NCBI RefSeq assembly: GCF_000143415.4
Contig: NW_003314271.1
Coordinates: forward strand, 1,842,806-1,906,805
DNA length: 64,000 nucleotides
Direction of reading: 5' to 3'
Source: Selaginella moellendorffii
Taxonomy: Eukaryota; Plantae; Lycopodiophyta
Below, in pieces: positions 50,449-62,516 of the stretch. The notes under the pieces are model-generated. The model made no database searches. It saw only the letters and a list, made by a program, of their open reading frames with translations, and was not told the DNA's origin. Made by a program: the position numbers and the translations under genes. How positions within the stretch are numbered: the stretch's first letter is position 1; each line of letters begins with the position of its first letter.

Positions 50449-51015
50449 GGCTGCTAGATGTAATTCCAAACTAGCGAGCGAGCCTTAAAGCTACCTGATA
50501 GAAGCGGGATTATATACAAGCGAGGACGTTGCCTACTGTGTTGTTCTTGTCGCGCAGCGTTTTGACTTCGTAATATATAACTCAACTTTACCACAGCTTG
50601 CATTACATGTTCTGCATATCCCGCTAACAACTGGGTGGGAAAACTGCCTCCCGGGCCGCCTGGATTCCAGTGCTGACTTTTGGTTTAATCCAAATGAGCC
50701 TCGTAAGTCGCGAACGGATTGAGCGAGAACAACTAGCTTACAAGCGCGCATGTTTCTAGCGTGGCACCACGCGCGAGCCCGTGTGAGCAAACTTAAACGT
50801 AAACTTCTCTTTCGCTGGAAGGTCAGTACGCAATGCAAAGTCGTTTAAAACACAAAAACTAGAAAAAAAAAAAAAAGAATTATCATACTTAACGCTTCCA
50901 CTATCGGCCTCGATAAAGGCAAGGCTCAATAGACCGTTTTCTGTAACTTTGAGACACTGCAAAAGGGGTCTCAAAGATTCCCTGTAATGTAAGTGTAAAA
51001 AATATGGTACCTGTA

Positions 51016-53569
51016 TTACAGGTCGTAGTTTAATGGATGATAACTAAATCTCGGTGCCTGGCACTGCGAAGCCACCGTGCGTTGCATCTCTACAGGTCCA
51101 CACGCAAAAACTCCAACTTTGGATCCCTGCAGTCGCTTCGCATACGCATGGAACACATCTGATCAGCCAGAGTAAGTACTAGGAACGAGTAACTTTAGAC
51201 TCTAACCTGGAAGATGTGGACGACTCCCATAGTGGACCTGCGAAGGATGAGTCGGTTGGCTAGATATTGTTGAAAGCATCCTCTCGGGCTTCTTGTTCAC
51301 GCCTTTGTCGCTTCTTGCCAGCCGATTCCAAAGGGCCAGAGTTCCTCCACCAAAGACAACGACGCCAATCACGGTTGCTATGTATCCAAAAAGACCACCC
51401 AGCGAGCGAGAAAACACGTCCGAGGTGTTGTGGTCGACCGGATACACGACGAATCTCTCGAGGATGCCAATGACGAACAGGAAGCCTGCCGAAGATGCCA
51501 ACACCAGCGCTGCGTGGAGCATCCCATTTTGGATCCCCTCGGACCCAGATATGCTCCTCGGTTGAGACTTTCGGGTGCTGAAAATGATGGTGCTTGCTGT
51601 CGTCTGAGGCTTCTCCAACTCGGGGCCATCCTCTCGGGTGACATAAACTTGGACGTCGATCTTCAACCGGCTAGCAAAGTCTGGTGTTATGAGCTGTAGG
51701 ACAGAGAGGTCGTCGGACTTTTTCACGGCCCAGAGAAGAATGATCTCCTCAGGTGCCAAAACTTTCTGGTTTTCAATATCATAGAGGAGCTCCTTTATAA
51801 TGGAAATAAATGGTGAAATTCCACTGCCCCCGGCGACAAAAATCAGAACGTCATAGCTGAAAAAAGTTGAGTCAGATTTATGCTTCCCAACTGAAAGCCT
51901 TACCGAGCGACGTAGCTCATGTCGTGGCCGTATGGCCCTTCAACAGCAGCCTCTACTATATGCGATGTGTCGGCGTTCTTTAAGTACTCCTTGAGTGTCA
52001 GCGTCCAGCCTCCGTAACACTTTATCAAAAGCGAAAGATGCTCCGTGTCTACTTTGGACGAAGATACGATGGTAAAGGGATGCCATTGCAGTGGAGACAC
52101 GACAGGGAAGTTCACCATAATGAAACTTGCCGGATTATATGCGAGACCTGACATAAAAATGCGTTCGTAAAAGATGGTCCAGAGAGAACAAACAAGCAGA
52201 AAGCTACTTACTCGGATGCTTTGCAATAGTAAGTTCCATCGTTTCCGAAGACATCATTCGAGCTGATAAGACGTCTACGATTCTGCGTGACTGTATGAAC
52301 CTCAGAAACCGATTCAGCAGAAACAGCAAGATGCCACCCACAACCGCACAGAATAACCTGTCTCCAACGTGTAATGCAAAGGTCAAAATGAATACAATAT
52401 AGAGCTGATGTGTGTAGTAGAAAAGCTCAAATTTCTTCTTTCGAACTGGGCCAAGAGATGTCATCCACATAATCACGCCGATAATGTATACAAACAATCC
52501 AGAAAGGCCGCTTATTTCTGTTTTCTTCCACTGAACAAGCTGAGAGTTTGACGAGAATGTAAGAACGAAGATTAAAGCAAACTGCTTACCTCTGTCATCT
52601 TGCCAGTGACAGCCCAGAAGATCACAAAAACCAGTCCGTGGACTGTCCAAATCACCATCATAATGTGTCCAATCCATTTGTGATACTTAATCGCGTGCTC
52701 AAAGGGTACATTTAACAAACGAAGAAACACCGAGCCTCGAGCAACTGGAAAGAACAAGAATGCAAGGCAGACAATGCCGACGAGTCCCAAATTCGTTCCA
52801 ACCATCTCCAATTTTCTTTCCCATCTGAAAAGGAAACACGTTATGTATGAAGCACTCAAAACAGAATAACTCCTCACAGTTTTAACTGGTGCTTGTGCAG
52901 ATAAGCAGGAGTGATTTTAGCAAACTTTGTGCTCAAGTACTCCGATAGTGTCCACACGAGAAGAGCCACGAAGAGAACGAGGCATGTAAGCTCCGCCGCA
53001 GAGGCAACTGCAAGTGGTCCTCGAACTACAGCAGGGAAAGAAAATGGATTTACTCGCACTCCATCCCTCCTGGATTAAAACTTTAGTTTAAGCGTGAATT
53101 CAAAAAGAGGATCTACCTCCTAGTGCTGTCGTCTTTGGAAAGCTGAAGATAAATCGCACCAACCACAGCCAAGATGACGACGGGAGCCGAATAAAAAAGT
53201 GTGAAGGACCCTGCCAGGACCTGTGTCAGCCGACTCTTGTGACCTCACAAGCAAGATATATTCGTTCTTGTTCTACCAGCAGCAATGCAAAGAGAATGAA
53301 AGAGCACCAGGACTTCTATACTCAATAATTGCAAGCATGAGAGTTTCCTCGGCTAGAACCTCAAGACGAGCCACAATGCGATCGATCACACACAAGAAGC
53401 ACTCAACATGTTTACCTGCGACTCCATAAGCTTTCGTTGTGGTATCCTTCGTGAACGACTGCCAGAACTTGGAGTAGGCGGAGGTTGGTCGCATCACCCA
53501 CATCAAAATCCATCCTCCGAACAGCAGCAGCATCAGCAGCCGCCACACGACCCTCGAGAGAGCAGCCAT
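51016..53569 (-). CDS. FRO: Ferric reduction oxidase, copy B
   Basis: FFPVARGS; FEHAIKYHKW; FELFYYTHQLY; QWHPFT; EGPYG; AGGSGISPF; VGVFACGP; HPLNYDL*. Confidence 0.95.
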
Positions 53570-54306
53570 GCCACCGATGAATTGGGAGGAACGGATGAAT
53601 CCCTTCAAAAAGTACACTGCAAAACAAGGAAGGGGAAAAGCAAACGAGTGAGGGAGGAGAGCGAGCAGTAATCTGAGAACTCACGGCGCGAGTGTGTTGC
53701 CTAGCGACGAGCATCATGCCACTGTAGAAAACATTGCACACGGATCCAAGTATATAAACAAAACCAGAGATCATAACCGTGCGCTGCTTTCCATGGTTTT
53801 GATTGGCGATTTTAGTGTGTACCATATAAGGACCACCACCACCATCGGTACCATCGATATGATTGAAAAGAATGAGCAAACATTGCGTCCGTCAACGTTA
53901 GCCAGCCGAATCGAAAAAACCATCTCCGGACCCGGGCCCATGCACCAACAACAAAAACACCGTGCCTTACGTGTGCTATGCTGCGCTAAGCGTGTGCTTG
54001 AGCCGTGATTTGCATGCATGCACTCACAGACTAAGCAGTCAAGCGCCAGTCAGGCAATAGAAACAAAAAGAAAGGCGACAAGACCAGAGATGCATGCTTA
54101 AGTTCCAAGGAAGTAACAGCAACAGCAACAACATCACAATACCAGTCGTTTTCTCTCGAGTGTGTTGTGGTAGGCTGGCAGCAAACGCACTGAGTAGAGC
54201 TTGGACCGCCACTATCGGAGGTCCGCACCTGGATGATGTGGTGTTACTCACAAATCAAGTGGAAGCGCACCACTAACCAGAATAAATGTGGCCATCGTTT
54301 TCGTTG

Positions 54307-57033
54307 TCAAATTAAAAGATCTAGTGATGTGAACTGGACGGCCTGGCGGAGAATCCTTGCTCTGTTCGCATACGACACGTCGGTGCTGCGTAGATCCAAC
54401 GTAAATCTCTTGTGCTCTGATGCAAGCAGCGCGTTCCCTCGACACGAAGCAGCGTGAAGGACCTGCAGTCGGGCGTAAGAGACAGAATTGTAAAGCGTTT
54501 GCGTAGGACCTCTGGAAGATTTTCTTCACCGTATGAGTAGTTGCCCATCAACGAGAACTGAAACACGACAGCGTGACGTCAAGATGTTGCGCGATATCAA
54601 ACACATATACCCGTTGTAAAGAAGAGTGGTTTTGCATAACCGCGCAGAGCACTCTGGAACACGAGTCCTGGACGTTGTTGTTAGCAAAAGACAACTCCAG
54701 CAAAGACGTGTTTTCCTGAAAATCGGTATGCATTTCTTTTGCAGAGCATCAGACACGCCACAAACCTGAAGCCACAAAAGAATTGCACAAGCCCCTGCCG
54801 CAGTGATCTTGTTGTCGCTTAAATCAAGTGCCTGCAGTTATCACAAAAGCGCTTAGAGCGATGTTGTTCAAACTTTTACCTGAATATGAGCATGTTTTCT
54901 CAGTCCCTCTGCCAAGAAAAATGCATGTTCGTCTAAGAGACAGCACTGCTGCAACCGCAGAGTCTTCAACTGTGTCGGTACAGCATCAAGTATTGGTTTC
55001 GCTACTCTGTATAAACGTAGATAAGAACCAAGACATAGAAGGAAGATCTACTTAACAAGCGCTCTTCTTGAATAGCATCCGTGTTACAGTTTCCTGTAGA
55101 TGTACGAAAAAGAAACTTCGACCAATGTTCAAAAATCAATACCGTTAAAAAGAAGCTCCTTCAGTCGACTGTACTTTAAAGCTGCAAGTGCTTCCTCAGG
55201 TATGAATTTTCCAATACCATTTTCCCGTACATCCAATACTTTCAGAGATCTACAGTAAAATGCAAGTTTTTTCCAAAAGAAAAATCACAGTATACTGCGT
55301 ACCTTGCAAACTCAAGGGCCCGAGCGATAGCTGTGAATCCTTCTGTCAGGATGCAGTTGTAAGCGAGGCGAAGTACCTGGAGCCTTACAACGTGAAAAAA
55401 TAAGAAAACGAGCTGTTTCACATAGAGAATAGCTACCTGCTATGTTTCCGAAGAGAAAGGCTCAAATTTACTGCCGCTTCCTTTGTAAAGCCTGTCTCAC
55501 TATGCATTGAGAAACTTTTAGCAAAAGGCTATAAAGGTGACAAGCTACCTGATATCTAGCAGTTGGAGAAGCTGCATTTCTGCTAATATTTTGCCAACAT
55601 AAAGACCATTATCTCCTAGCTGAACCTTTGCAAGGCCTGCAACAGTTACTGTAAATACCCGCTCGGAACGTAACGCTATGCTCACAAAGGGAGAATAGAG
55701 CTGGAAATTGAGCCATATATACGTCGAACGACAAGCTGCCCTCTCCTGTCATTATCCACTCCCAGAATGCGGACCGTATCTGACAACGAGCAAAACAGTA
55801 TTGCACTTTGATAAACCCAAACTTACTGTATGCGTGTACACCCACTTTCCCTTGTGCGATACTTCAGCAATGAAGCTATCGTTTGTGCCTAGAACTTCTT
55901 TTCAAGAAAAGCCACAAAGAAAAAATTTCATGCGTACCTCCGTCCTGTCGATCAGCTAACTGTTGGAGATAAATTGACATATATAGTGATTTCCATGAAG
56001 TTGGAGGTGGCCTGTCTGAGGTGATCCATTCGTCGTACGCTGGATAGTGCTCCAACGAACAAATTGACATTGTTGCATCGTCATGCATCATTTTCTTGCA
56101 GTTTTCCTCCCAAAGACTTCTCGTATCTGTTAAATGCCGAATTAATTAGCAAGCAAGAAGCGTTTCCTTTGTAGGCATACCAAGACCCAGAGATAAAAAA
56201 TCATCCCTTTCTTCAGCGTAAAATAAGTCTTGCGCGGAAAACTGCTCCGCAACACACCATGCTAAGTCTGGTGGCATTGACGAGACATCCGGTACATCTG
56301 TCCAAGTGCCACGAATTGATCAAACAGGAAAATCCTCCTAGCACAGACCTTTTAGATTGTGAGCAATCATCGCCGCAGCAACCTTTAGAAGATTTTTTAT
56401 GCCAAAAAAATGAGCAGCATGAACAATTTCCATCACTTGGCTTGGTTCTACCTTTTAAAAAAGAAATGAATGATAAAAGCGAAGAACTGAGCTTACTTTA
56501 CCTCGAACTGAAACGTTACTCGCGGGGCGTTTTGTCCCCAATATTTCTCTGCCTTAAGACTGTCAATGTACTCTATAAAAACGAACCGCATTACAGCTTC
56601 CAACACCTTGAAGTTGATCAGAAAAATCTCGCTATGAGAGAGAGAAAAAAAAAGAACTACCTCGTAGCGAAAATCTGGGAATCGGATCACATTCTCCAAT
56701 CTTTCTCTAAACTGCACTGGAAAGAAAGACACAAAACCACCAATGAGAACGAAAATCCAAAGAGAAAAGTGACGAACCTTCTCCGCGAAGAATAACATCG
56801 ACGCATTTTAGCTGCTCCACTATCTTCCTAGGAACAAAGAACTCCACCTCCTCCTGGCAGACGATCCGGAGGTAGCCATTCCCGTCCGCCGGAGTGATCT
56901 CGAGCGAGATCGGGGCTGGAACCGTCGGCTTCCCCTCGAAAATCTCAATGCTGTCCGCTGCCGGCGCCAGCGCCTTCCTGTGCTTACGCTTCCAAGGCTT
57001 TGGCGACAATGCGCGCACATCCCTGGCCGCCAT
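54307..57033 (-). CDS. Multi-exon Elongin C-like + Elongin A-like + RNI-type LRR protein
   Basis: About 18 hand-spliced GT-AG exons. LRRs: LQLLDIS, LQVLRLAYNCI, LKVLDVRENGI, LKTLRLQQCCL, ALDLSDNKI, LLELSFANNNV. N-terminal domains are described in findings. Confidence 0.75.
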
Positions 57034-57218
57034 AGCTGTGCAGATGCTAGAACTCGATACAAAACCCACTGCGTCGCTCGACAAAGCCCTAAATTATAGA
57101 GAACTACATGAGTCCCTACCGCTAATGCAACGTCACCTTTTATACAAACCATATCTATTCACATAAATACGATATATTCTTCCTTTCCAGTCTACTAAAT
57201 CTTCTTAGCTCGCGAACT

Positions 57219-59062
57219 TCAAGAATCTACGATGTTCTTCATGCCGCGCTTTGATCGCAGTAGCTCCTGGCGCCGCGCGCTCGTCAGCTTCACGAAATCG
57301 GCCTCGGATTTGCGGTGGGACTTGCCTTTGATCGGCGTCTTGAACTGCTCTCGGTGCTTCTGCTGGATGCGAGCAGCCTTGCTCGAGATCACTCCTCCTC
57401 TTGGAGCTTCCGGAGCTGGATCATCGTCACTCGGGCTATCGTGATCGTCTCCACTGCTCTTGTGACCCACCTCGAATCTCCGCTGCTCCAGGCACTCTGC
57501 TCGCTTCTTCCTGGCTCTCTCCAGCACCTTCTCCATGGTTGATCTCTTGTGAAGGAACACCGGGCCCTTCTTGTACTGGTTCCGCGACTTTGATCGCTCC
57601 ATTGCTCTTCTCAGCATCGCTTTGAGGTGCTCGGATCCAAGTTCCTCGTCGGTGGCTTGCGTGAGTTCCTCGATCATCTGGACAGCGCTCTCCTCTGGAA
57701 GATCAAGCGTTGGAGCGGGAGTATCCGTTTGAACTTCGAGTTCCTGGACAATCATAGCTACGGCTTGGTTCTCGGAGGCCTCAAGAGTTTGATCAACTCT
57801 GCCTTCCACAATGAAGCCTTTCGACTCGCTGAGCTCGGAGGTAATTACTGCGTCTGGAGTTGGAAGTGAGAGTTCCTTGATATCAGTAGCTGCTGGAGAT
57901 AGATCATCTTCACTTTTCCCCAGTGCTGCTTCTTCAGCTGCGAATTTGGGCACTGATTCGTAGACATGGTGCTTCTTTTTCGCTTCTTGTCGAGCGACAC
58001 CCACTGCTTCGTCGAGAAGGGCCTTCGTTTCAATGACAACTCCTTGTTTGGCAACAGCCACCACTGCTGCGTCGGAAAGGACCTTCGTTTCACTGACAAC
58101 TTCCTGTTTAGCGACAGCCGTCACTGCTTCGACGAGGACCTTCTCTTTGGTGACAACTGCGATCTGATTCTGATCACGAGAAACCTCCACAGCTGGAACT
58201 TTCTCGTCCTGTTGCTCGTGAGAAGCCTTAATCACAGCAGGCAAAGTTTGTCGTGCCTCCACTACTTCCGAGACTTCGCCACCTTTCTCGGTTGTCTTAA
58301 TCTCCACTCGAGCAGCGGACGGAGTTTCTTGCGCCCCCATTTCTAACGCTTTGCCACCCTGTGCTTGATCGTGAGAAGCCTCTGCCAAGGCAGCAAACGT
58401 TGGAACCTCGACATCTTTCTCATCTTGTCGATCCACCTCCGCGACTGCTTTCTCAGGATGATCTTCGTCGTCTAGCTCAATTGCTTCCGGCGATCTCTCT
58501 AGCTTTGCGCATCTGTCACACAAACACAAACACACGCATTCAGGCTCTTTGCAAACTTGAGAAAACTTACCTTCCATCACCATGATCCAAGTTCTCTCGA
58601 GCATCCATCGACGTCTTCACCTTGTCCGGTTCCTCGGCAACGCTGTGCGCGTCGTCAAACTCACCCTTGTCATCACTCGCAGTACAAAAGCTATGCTTGT
58701 CATGCTCGCCATCGTCACGCTTCTCATCGTCGCGGCTTTTCACCGGCGAGATCGCATTTTCCTCCGTGGTACACTGGCTCGACTGAGAATCACCCACAGC
58801 GCTTCCAGTTCTCCCAGCGGCTGGAGGAGCCACATCCTTGTCCTTGCCACTCTCGCGGCTCGCTGGAGCCTGCCCAGATCAAAGCAAAACTCGATCGATC
58901 TGGATCCAAAGTATGAGGTGGGCTTACCTTGAAGAGCGCCGCGAGCGCGTCCGCCATGAAGAGATTGGTCTTGTTGGCCGGAATTCCATTCTTCTTGCAC
59001 AGCTGCTGCAAGCGCCGCCTAGGGAGCTTGTGGTAATCCAGGGCCGCCTTGTCGCGTGCCAT
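57219..59062 (-). CDS. Unknown protein with N-terminal SAP/HeH-like motif, acidic middle and basic C-terminus (3 exons)
   Basis: LDYHKLPRRRLQQLCKKNGIPANKTNLFMADALAAL; introns at about 58928-58872 and 58570-58514. Confidence 0.8.
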
Positions 59063-59597
59063 CGCCGCTCGGGATTTCTAGGGCTCGCGCTCCTCCATCT
59101 CCTTTTAACCAGCTGGGAAATGAGCCGTTGTGGCATATTCTGGCAGCCACTGTCTGAAATTCCGAGCGATCTCTTGTACGAATGGACTGGAAGATCATCC
59201 CGTACAGCTCCAGTGATCTAGCTCCTGGAAACTTTCTTTTTCCATGCGTACCAGGAAATGACGTCAGGCTCACATATGGAAGACATAGATCACGTACCAA
59301 AGTTTTATTTTCTTGTCAGCTTCTTCCTTGCAGCCATTGGTAGTTAGAACTATAAGCTTGGAAGTGCAGAATCGTAAAAACGACCTGTACAAAACTCATG
59401 GTTATAGTTGTATCAAAGATTTATATGTGAGGCACCTTCTCATACTGCAGGGATGGCTCAAAGATGGAATCCAGCGCTGGCAAAACTGAGGGATAAAGTT
59501 CTCCTGGATCATCTGTACAAAGAAGATATCATAATGTTGTCTAGAACACGAAGAAGTGAAGAAGAAGAAAAACGTACCGGAGTTCGTCTCGTGATCT

Positions 59598-62363
59598 TCA
59601 AACCGAGTTTAACTCGGAGGAAGAATAGATGTTGGACATCATCACGTAGGCGGAGGCATTCCCTCGATCCAGCTCCAGCACCGACTCAAAGGCAAGCTTC
59701 CCCACTTCCAAGTTCCTCCACTTGTAGCAAGCACTTAACAGTGCCATCCAGCTCTCGGCGCTCGCATCCACCGGCATTTCTTTCAAGAGCTCGGCTGCTT
59801 CGTCCAGCCGGTTTGCTCGTCCCAGGAGGTCCACCATGCAAGCGTAGTGCTCGGCCCCCCGCGGAAGTCCGCGCTTCCTCCACATCTCTTCGAAGACTTC
59901 CTTTCCTCTCTCCACGAGACCTTTGTGGCTGCAAGCCGTGAGAACCGAGAGATAAGTCACTCCGTCCGGCTGTAGATCCTTCTCCTGGAGCTTCATCTTC
60001 TCGAAAAGCTCGAAAACCCGATCAGTGTCTCCCTGGCAGCTATATCCCGAGATGAGAGCACTCCATGTCACCATGGTCTTCCTGGAGATCTTCCGGAAAA
60101 CTTCCTCGGCTTCTGCCATGCTTCCACACTTCCCGTAAAAATCCACCAGCGAGTTTGCCACCATTGTGTCCGTCTCCAATCCAGCACTGCAAATCTCGGC
60201 ATGGAATCGTCTACCTCTTTCCAGCGCTCCCAGAGCAGCGCACGCCTTGAGAGCTGCGACATAAGTCACCGAGTTGAGCTCGCGGCTGCCTCGTTCTTCT
60301 CTCATGCGTTCCACAGTCTCGAGCGCGGCCTCACTTTCACCGTTCCCCAGGAATCCCAAAACGATGCAGTTCCAGGAGACCACGTCGGGTTGCCGAATCC
60401 TTTCGAAGACGTGAAGAGCATCCACCGTGCTCTGGCTCTTCGCGTAAGAATCCAGCAGCGTATTTGCCAGCATGGTGTCAAGTTCCACGTCGAAAAACCT
60501 CACTGCTCGAGCGTGGATGTCTTTGAGAAACTGTAAGCTGTGAGAATGCTCCTTCTCGGCAAAGCAAGCACAGGCTTTGAGCGCTGCGAGGAGAGTGACA
60601 CGATCCGGTGAAGGGCCTCGGCCTTGGATCATTTGCGAATAAAGCTCGAGTGCCTTCTGGGCTTCACCACTTTCAGTGTATCCCAGCACCATGCAGTTCC
60701 ACAGAGCAACGTCGTCTCGCAGATCATTTCTCAAGCTTTCGAAAATCTTTCGAGCTTCCGCAGTAAATCCACATTTAGCGTAGAGGTCGACCAGGCTTGT
60801 GGCGACAGGTAATTCCAGAGCCTTCGCTTGTTTAGCCGCTGTAGCATGAATTTCCCTGCCTCTCTTCACTGTGTTGATCTTCCCGTACCTCCCTTCGACG
60901 AGCTTGCCATCTTCTTTGCTCGCGAGACTGGACAGAGATTTAAGAATAGCAACCAACACAGCCGTGCTCGGTTCGCCACCTTCGTCTTGCATGAATTGAT
61001 AGAGCTCGAGAGCTGATTCTTCGTCTCCATTCTGTGCATGAGATGAGATGATAGCAGTCCAAGCCATCCTTCTATGCTGGCGAGAGCTTTGAAAGACCAG
61101 CACAGAATCCGCTAATCTCCCACATCTTCCATAAAAGTCCACCAGGCTCGTCTCGAAAACCATCTCCATCTCGTCTCGGTACCTCACAGCGTGTGAGTGG
61201 ATAACTCTGCCTCTTTGCAGTGCCTCTCGCTTGCCTTGTTCGTTGGAAGCCATGGAAACGCATGCCTTGAGAGCACCAAGAAGTGTCAGGCAGTCCGGTA
61301 AGCAGCTTTCGTCGCGCATTCGCGAATAAAGCGTCAAGGCCACCTCGGCTTGTCCACTCTGTGCGTATCCCAAGATGATAGAGTTCCACAAAACGACGTC
61401 CCGGTGCTGGACATTTTCGAAAACTCGACGAGCATCAACCATGCTGCCGCATTTCGACAACATATCCACCAAAGTTGTCGCCACAACGATGTCCTTGGAC
61501 AGATCCAAGCTCCTGGCTTTCTGAAACTCGCAGAAGATAGCCCTCCCTTTCTCCAGGAACTTGTAGCTCCCAGCAAGAGATTCCTTCTCGGCAGCGCTCG
61601 CGCAAGACTTAAGAGCAGCAAGAAGCGTGACGCGATCCGGTTCGTGTCCCTCGGCCTTCATCCGCGAGAAAAACTCCAGTGCCGAATCGGCGTCACCACT
61701 TTGAGCGTAGCCGAGTATCAGCCCCGTCCACAAGACAACACTAAGTTCCTGGAGGCTCTCGAAAATTCTTGCAGCATCCACCATCCGTCCACACTTTGCG
61801 TACATATCCACCAGGCTGCTCGCAGCAAAAGTGTCCAACTCCACACCGATTCGAGCAGCCCGAGCATGAACTTCCTTTCCTTTTCTCAAACTCTCGACCT
61901 TCTCTGCTCGGTCTCCACTAACTTCGTTCTCGGCTATGGCAGAGCAAGCCTTGAGCGCGGCAAGAACCGTGACACGGTCAGGTGGGCAACCGTGTTCCTC
62001 CATCCTCGAGTAAAAATCCAAAGCTTGATCGCCATAGCCATGCTTGGCGAGGCCGAGAATGATGCTAGTCCAAGAAATTACGTCCTTCTCTTCCATCCTG
62101 TCAAAGAGCTCGCGAGCTTCTGATATACAGCCACATTTCACGTACATGTCGAGGAGGCTGTTGGCGACAACGAGGTTGGAGACATCTCCGCTGTGAATCA
62201 CATCGCCGTGGATCTTCTTCCCTGTTACCAAATCCCTGGAGAGCTTGCACGCCTTGAGAGCAAAGATAATGGCTGCTAAGCTCGGCCTACAACCCCGTTC
62301 TTGGAGCTCGAAATATTTCCTCACTGGAATGGTTGCATCAGTGTTTGTGGGAGCGCGTACCAT
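59598..62363 (-). CDS. PLS-class PPR protein with E domain and no DYW (921 aa)
   Basis: Repeated SLVDMYAKCG / WxxxILGYAQ; HYACMVDLLGRA...AYVMMSNIY. Confidence 0.95.
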   Translation of the reverse strand: MVRAPTNTDATIPVRKYFELQERGCRPSLAAIIFALKACKLSRDLVTGKKIHGDVIHSGDVSNLVVANSLLDMYVKCGCISEARELFDRMEEKDVISWTSIILGLAKHGYGDQALDFYSRMEEHGCPPDRVTVLAALKACSAIAENEVSGDRAEKVESLRKGKEVHARAARIGVELDTFAASSLVDMYAKCGRMVDAARIFESLQELSVVLWTGLILGYAQSGDADSALEFFSRMKAEGHEPDRVTLLAALKSCASAAEKESLAGSYKFLEKGRAIFCEFQKARSLDLSKDIVVATTLVDMLSKCGSMVDARRVFENVQHRDVVLWNSIILGYAQSGQAEVALTLYSRMRDESCLPDCLTLLGALKACVSMASNEQGKREALQRGRVIHSHAVRYRDEMEMVFETSLVDFYGRCGRLADSVLVFQSSRQHRRMAWTAIISSHAQNGDEESALELYQFMQDEGGEPSTAVLVAILKSLSSLASKEDGKLVEGRYGKINTVKRGREIHATAAKQAKALELPVATSLVDLYAKCGFTAEARKIFESLRNDLRDDVALWNCMVLGYTESGEAQKALELYSQMIQGRGPSPDRVTLLAALKACACFAEKEHSHSLQFLKDIHARAVRFFDVELDTMLANTLLDSYAKSQSTVDALHVFERIRQPDVVSWNCIVLGFLGNGESEAALETVERMREERGSRELNSVTYVAALKACAALGALERGRRFHAEICSAGLETDTMVANSLVDFYGKCGSMAEAEEVFRKISRKTMVTWSALISGYSCQGDTDRVFELFEKMKLQEKDLQPDGVTYLSVLTACSHKGLVERGKEVFEEMWRKRGLPRGAEHYACMVDLLGRANRLDEAAELLKEMPVDASAESWMALLSACYKWRNLEVGKLAFESVLELDRGNASAYVMMSNIYSSSELNSV

Positions 62364-62516
62364 GGGACGCCCTACATTGTGCCCAAGAGCCCTAAGTTTC
62401 CTGCTTTATTTTGTAAACAATTAAGCGAATTATACTTACACAATGACTCTACAAGAATATGAATTTCGTATAATGTGTGAATGTTTATAGAAATATATAT
62501 TTTATTTTTTTAAGAG

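Noticed and set aside
61350-62123. 257-aa plus-strand ORF
   Set aside because: Antisense shadow of the PPR gene.
10659-62363. Mirror order PPR>MATE ... MATE<...PPR< as a large inverted duplication
   Set aside because: The paralogs are highly diverged and the intervening genes are unrelated; both families are large.
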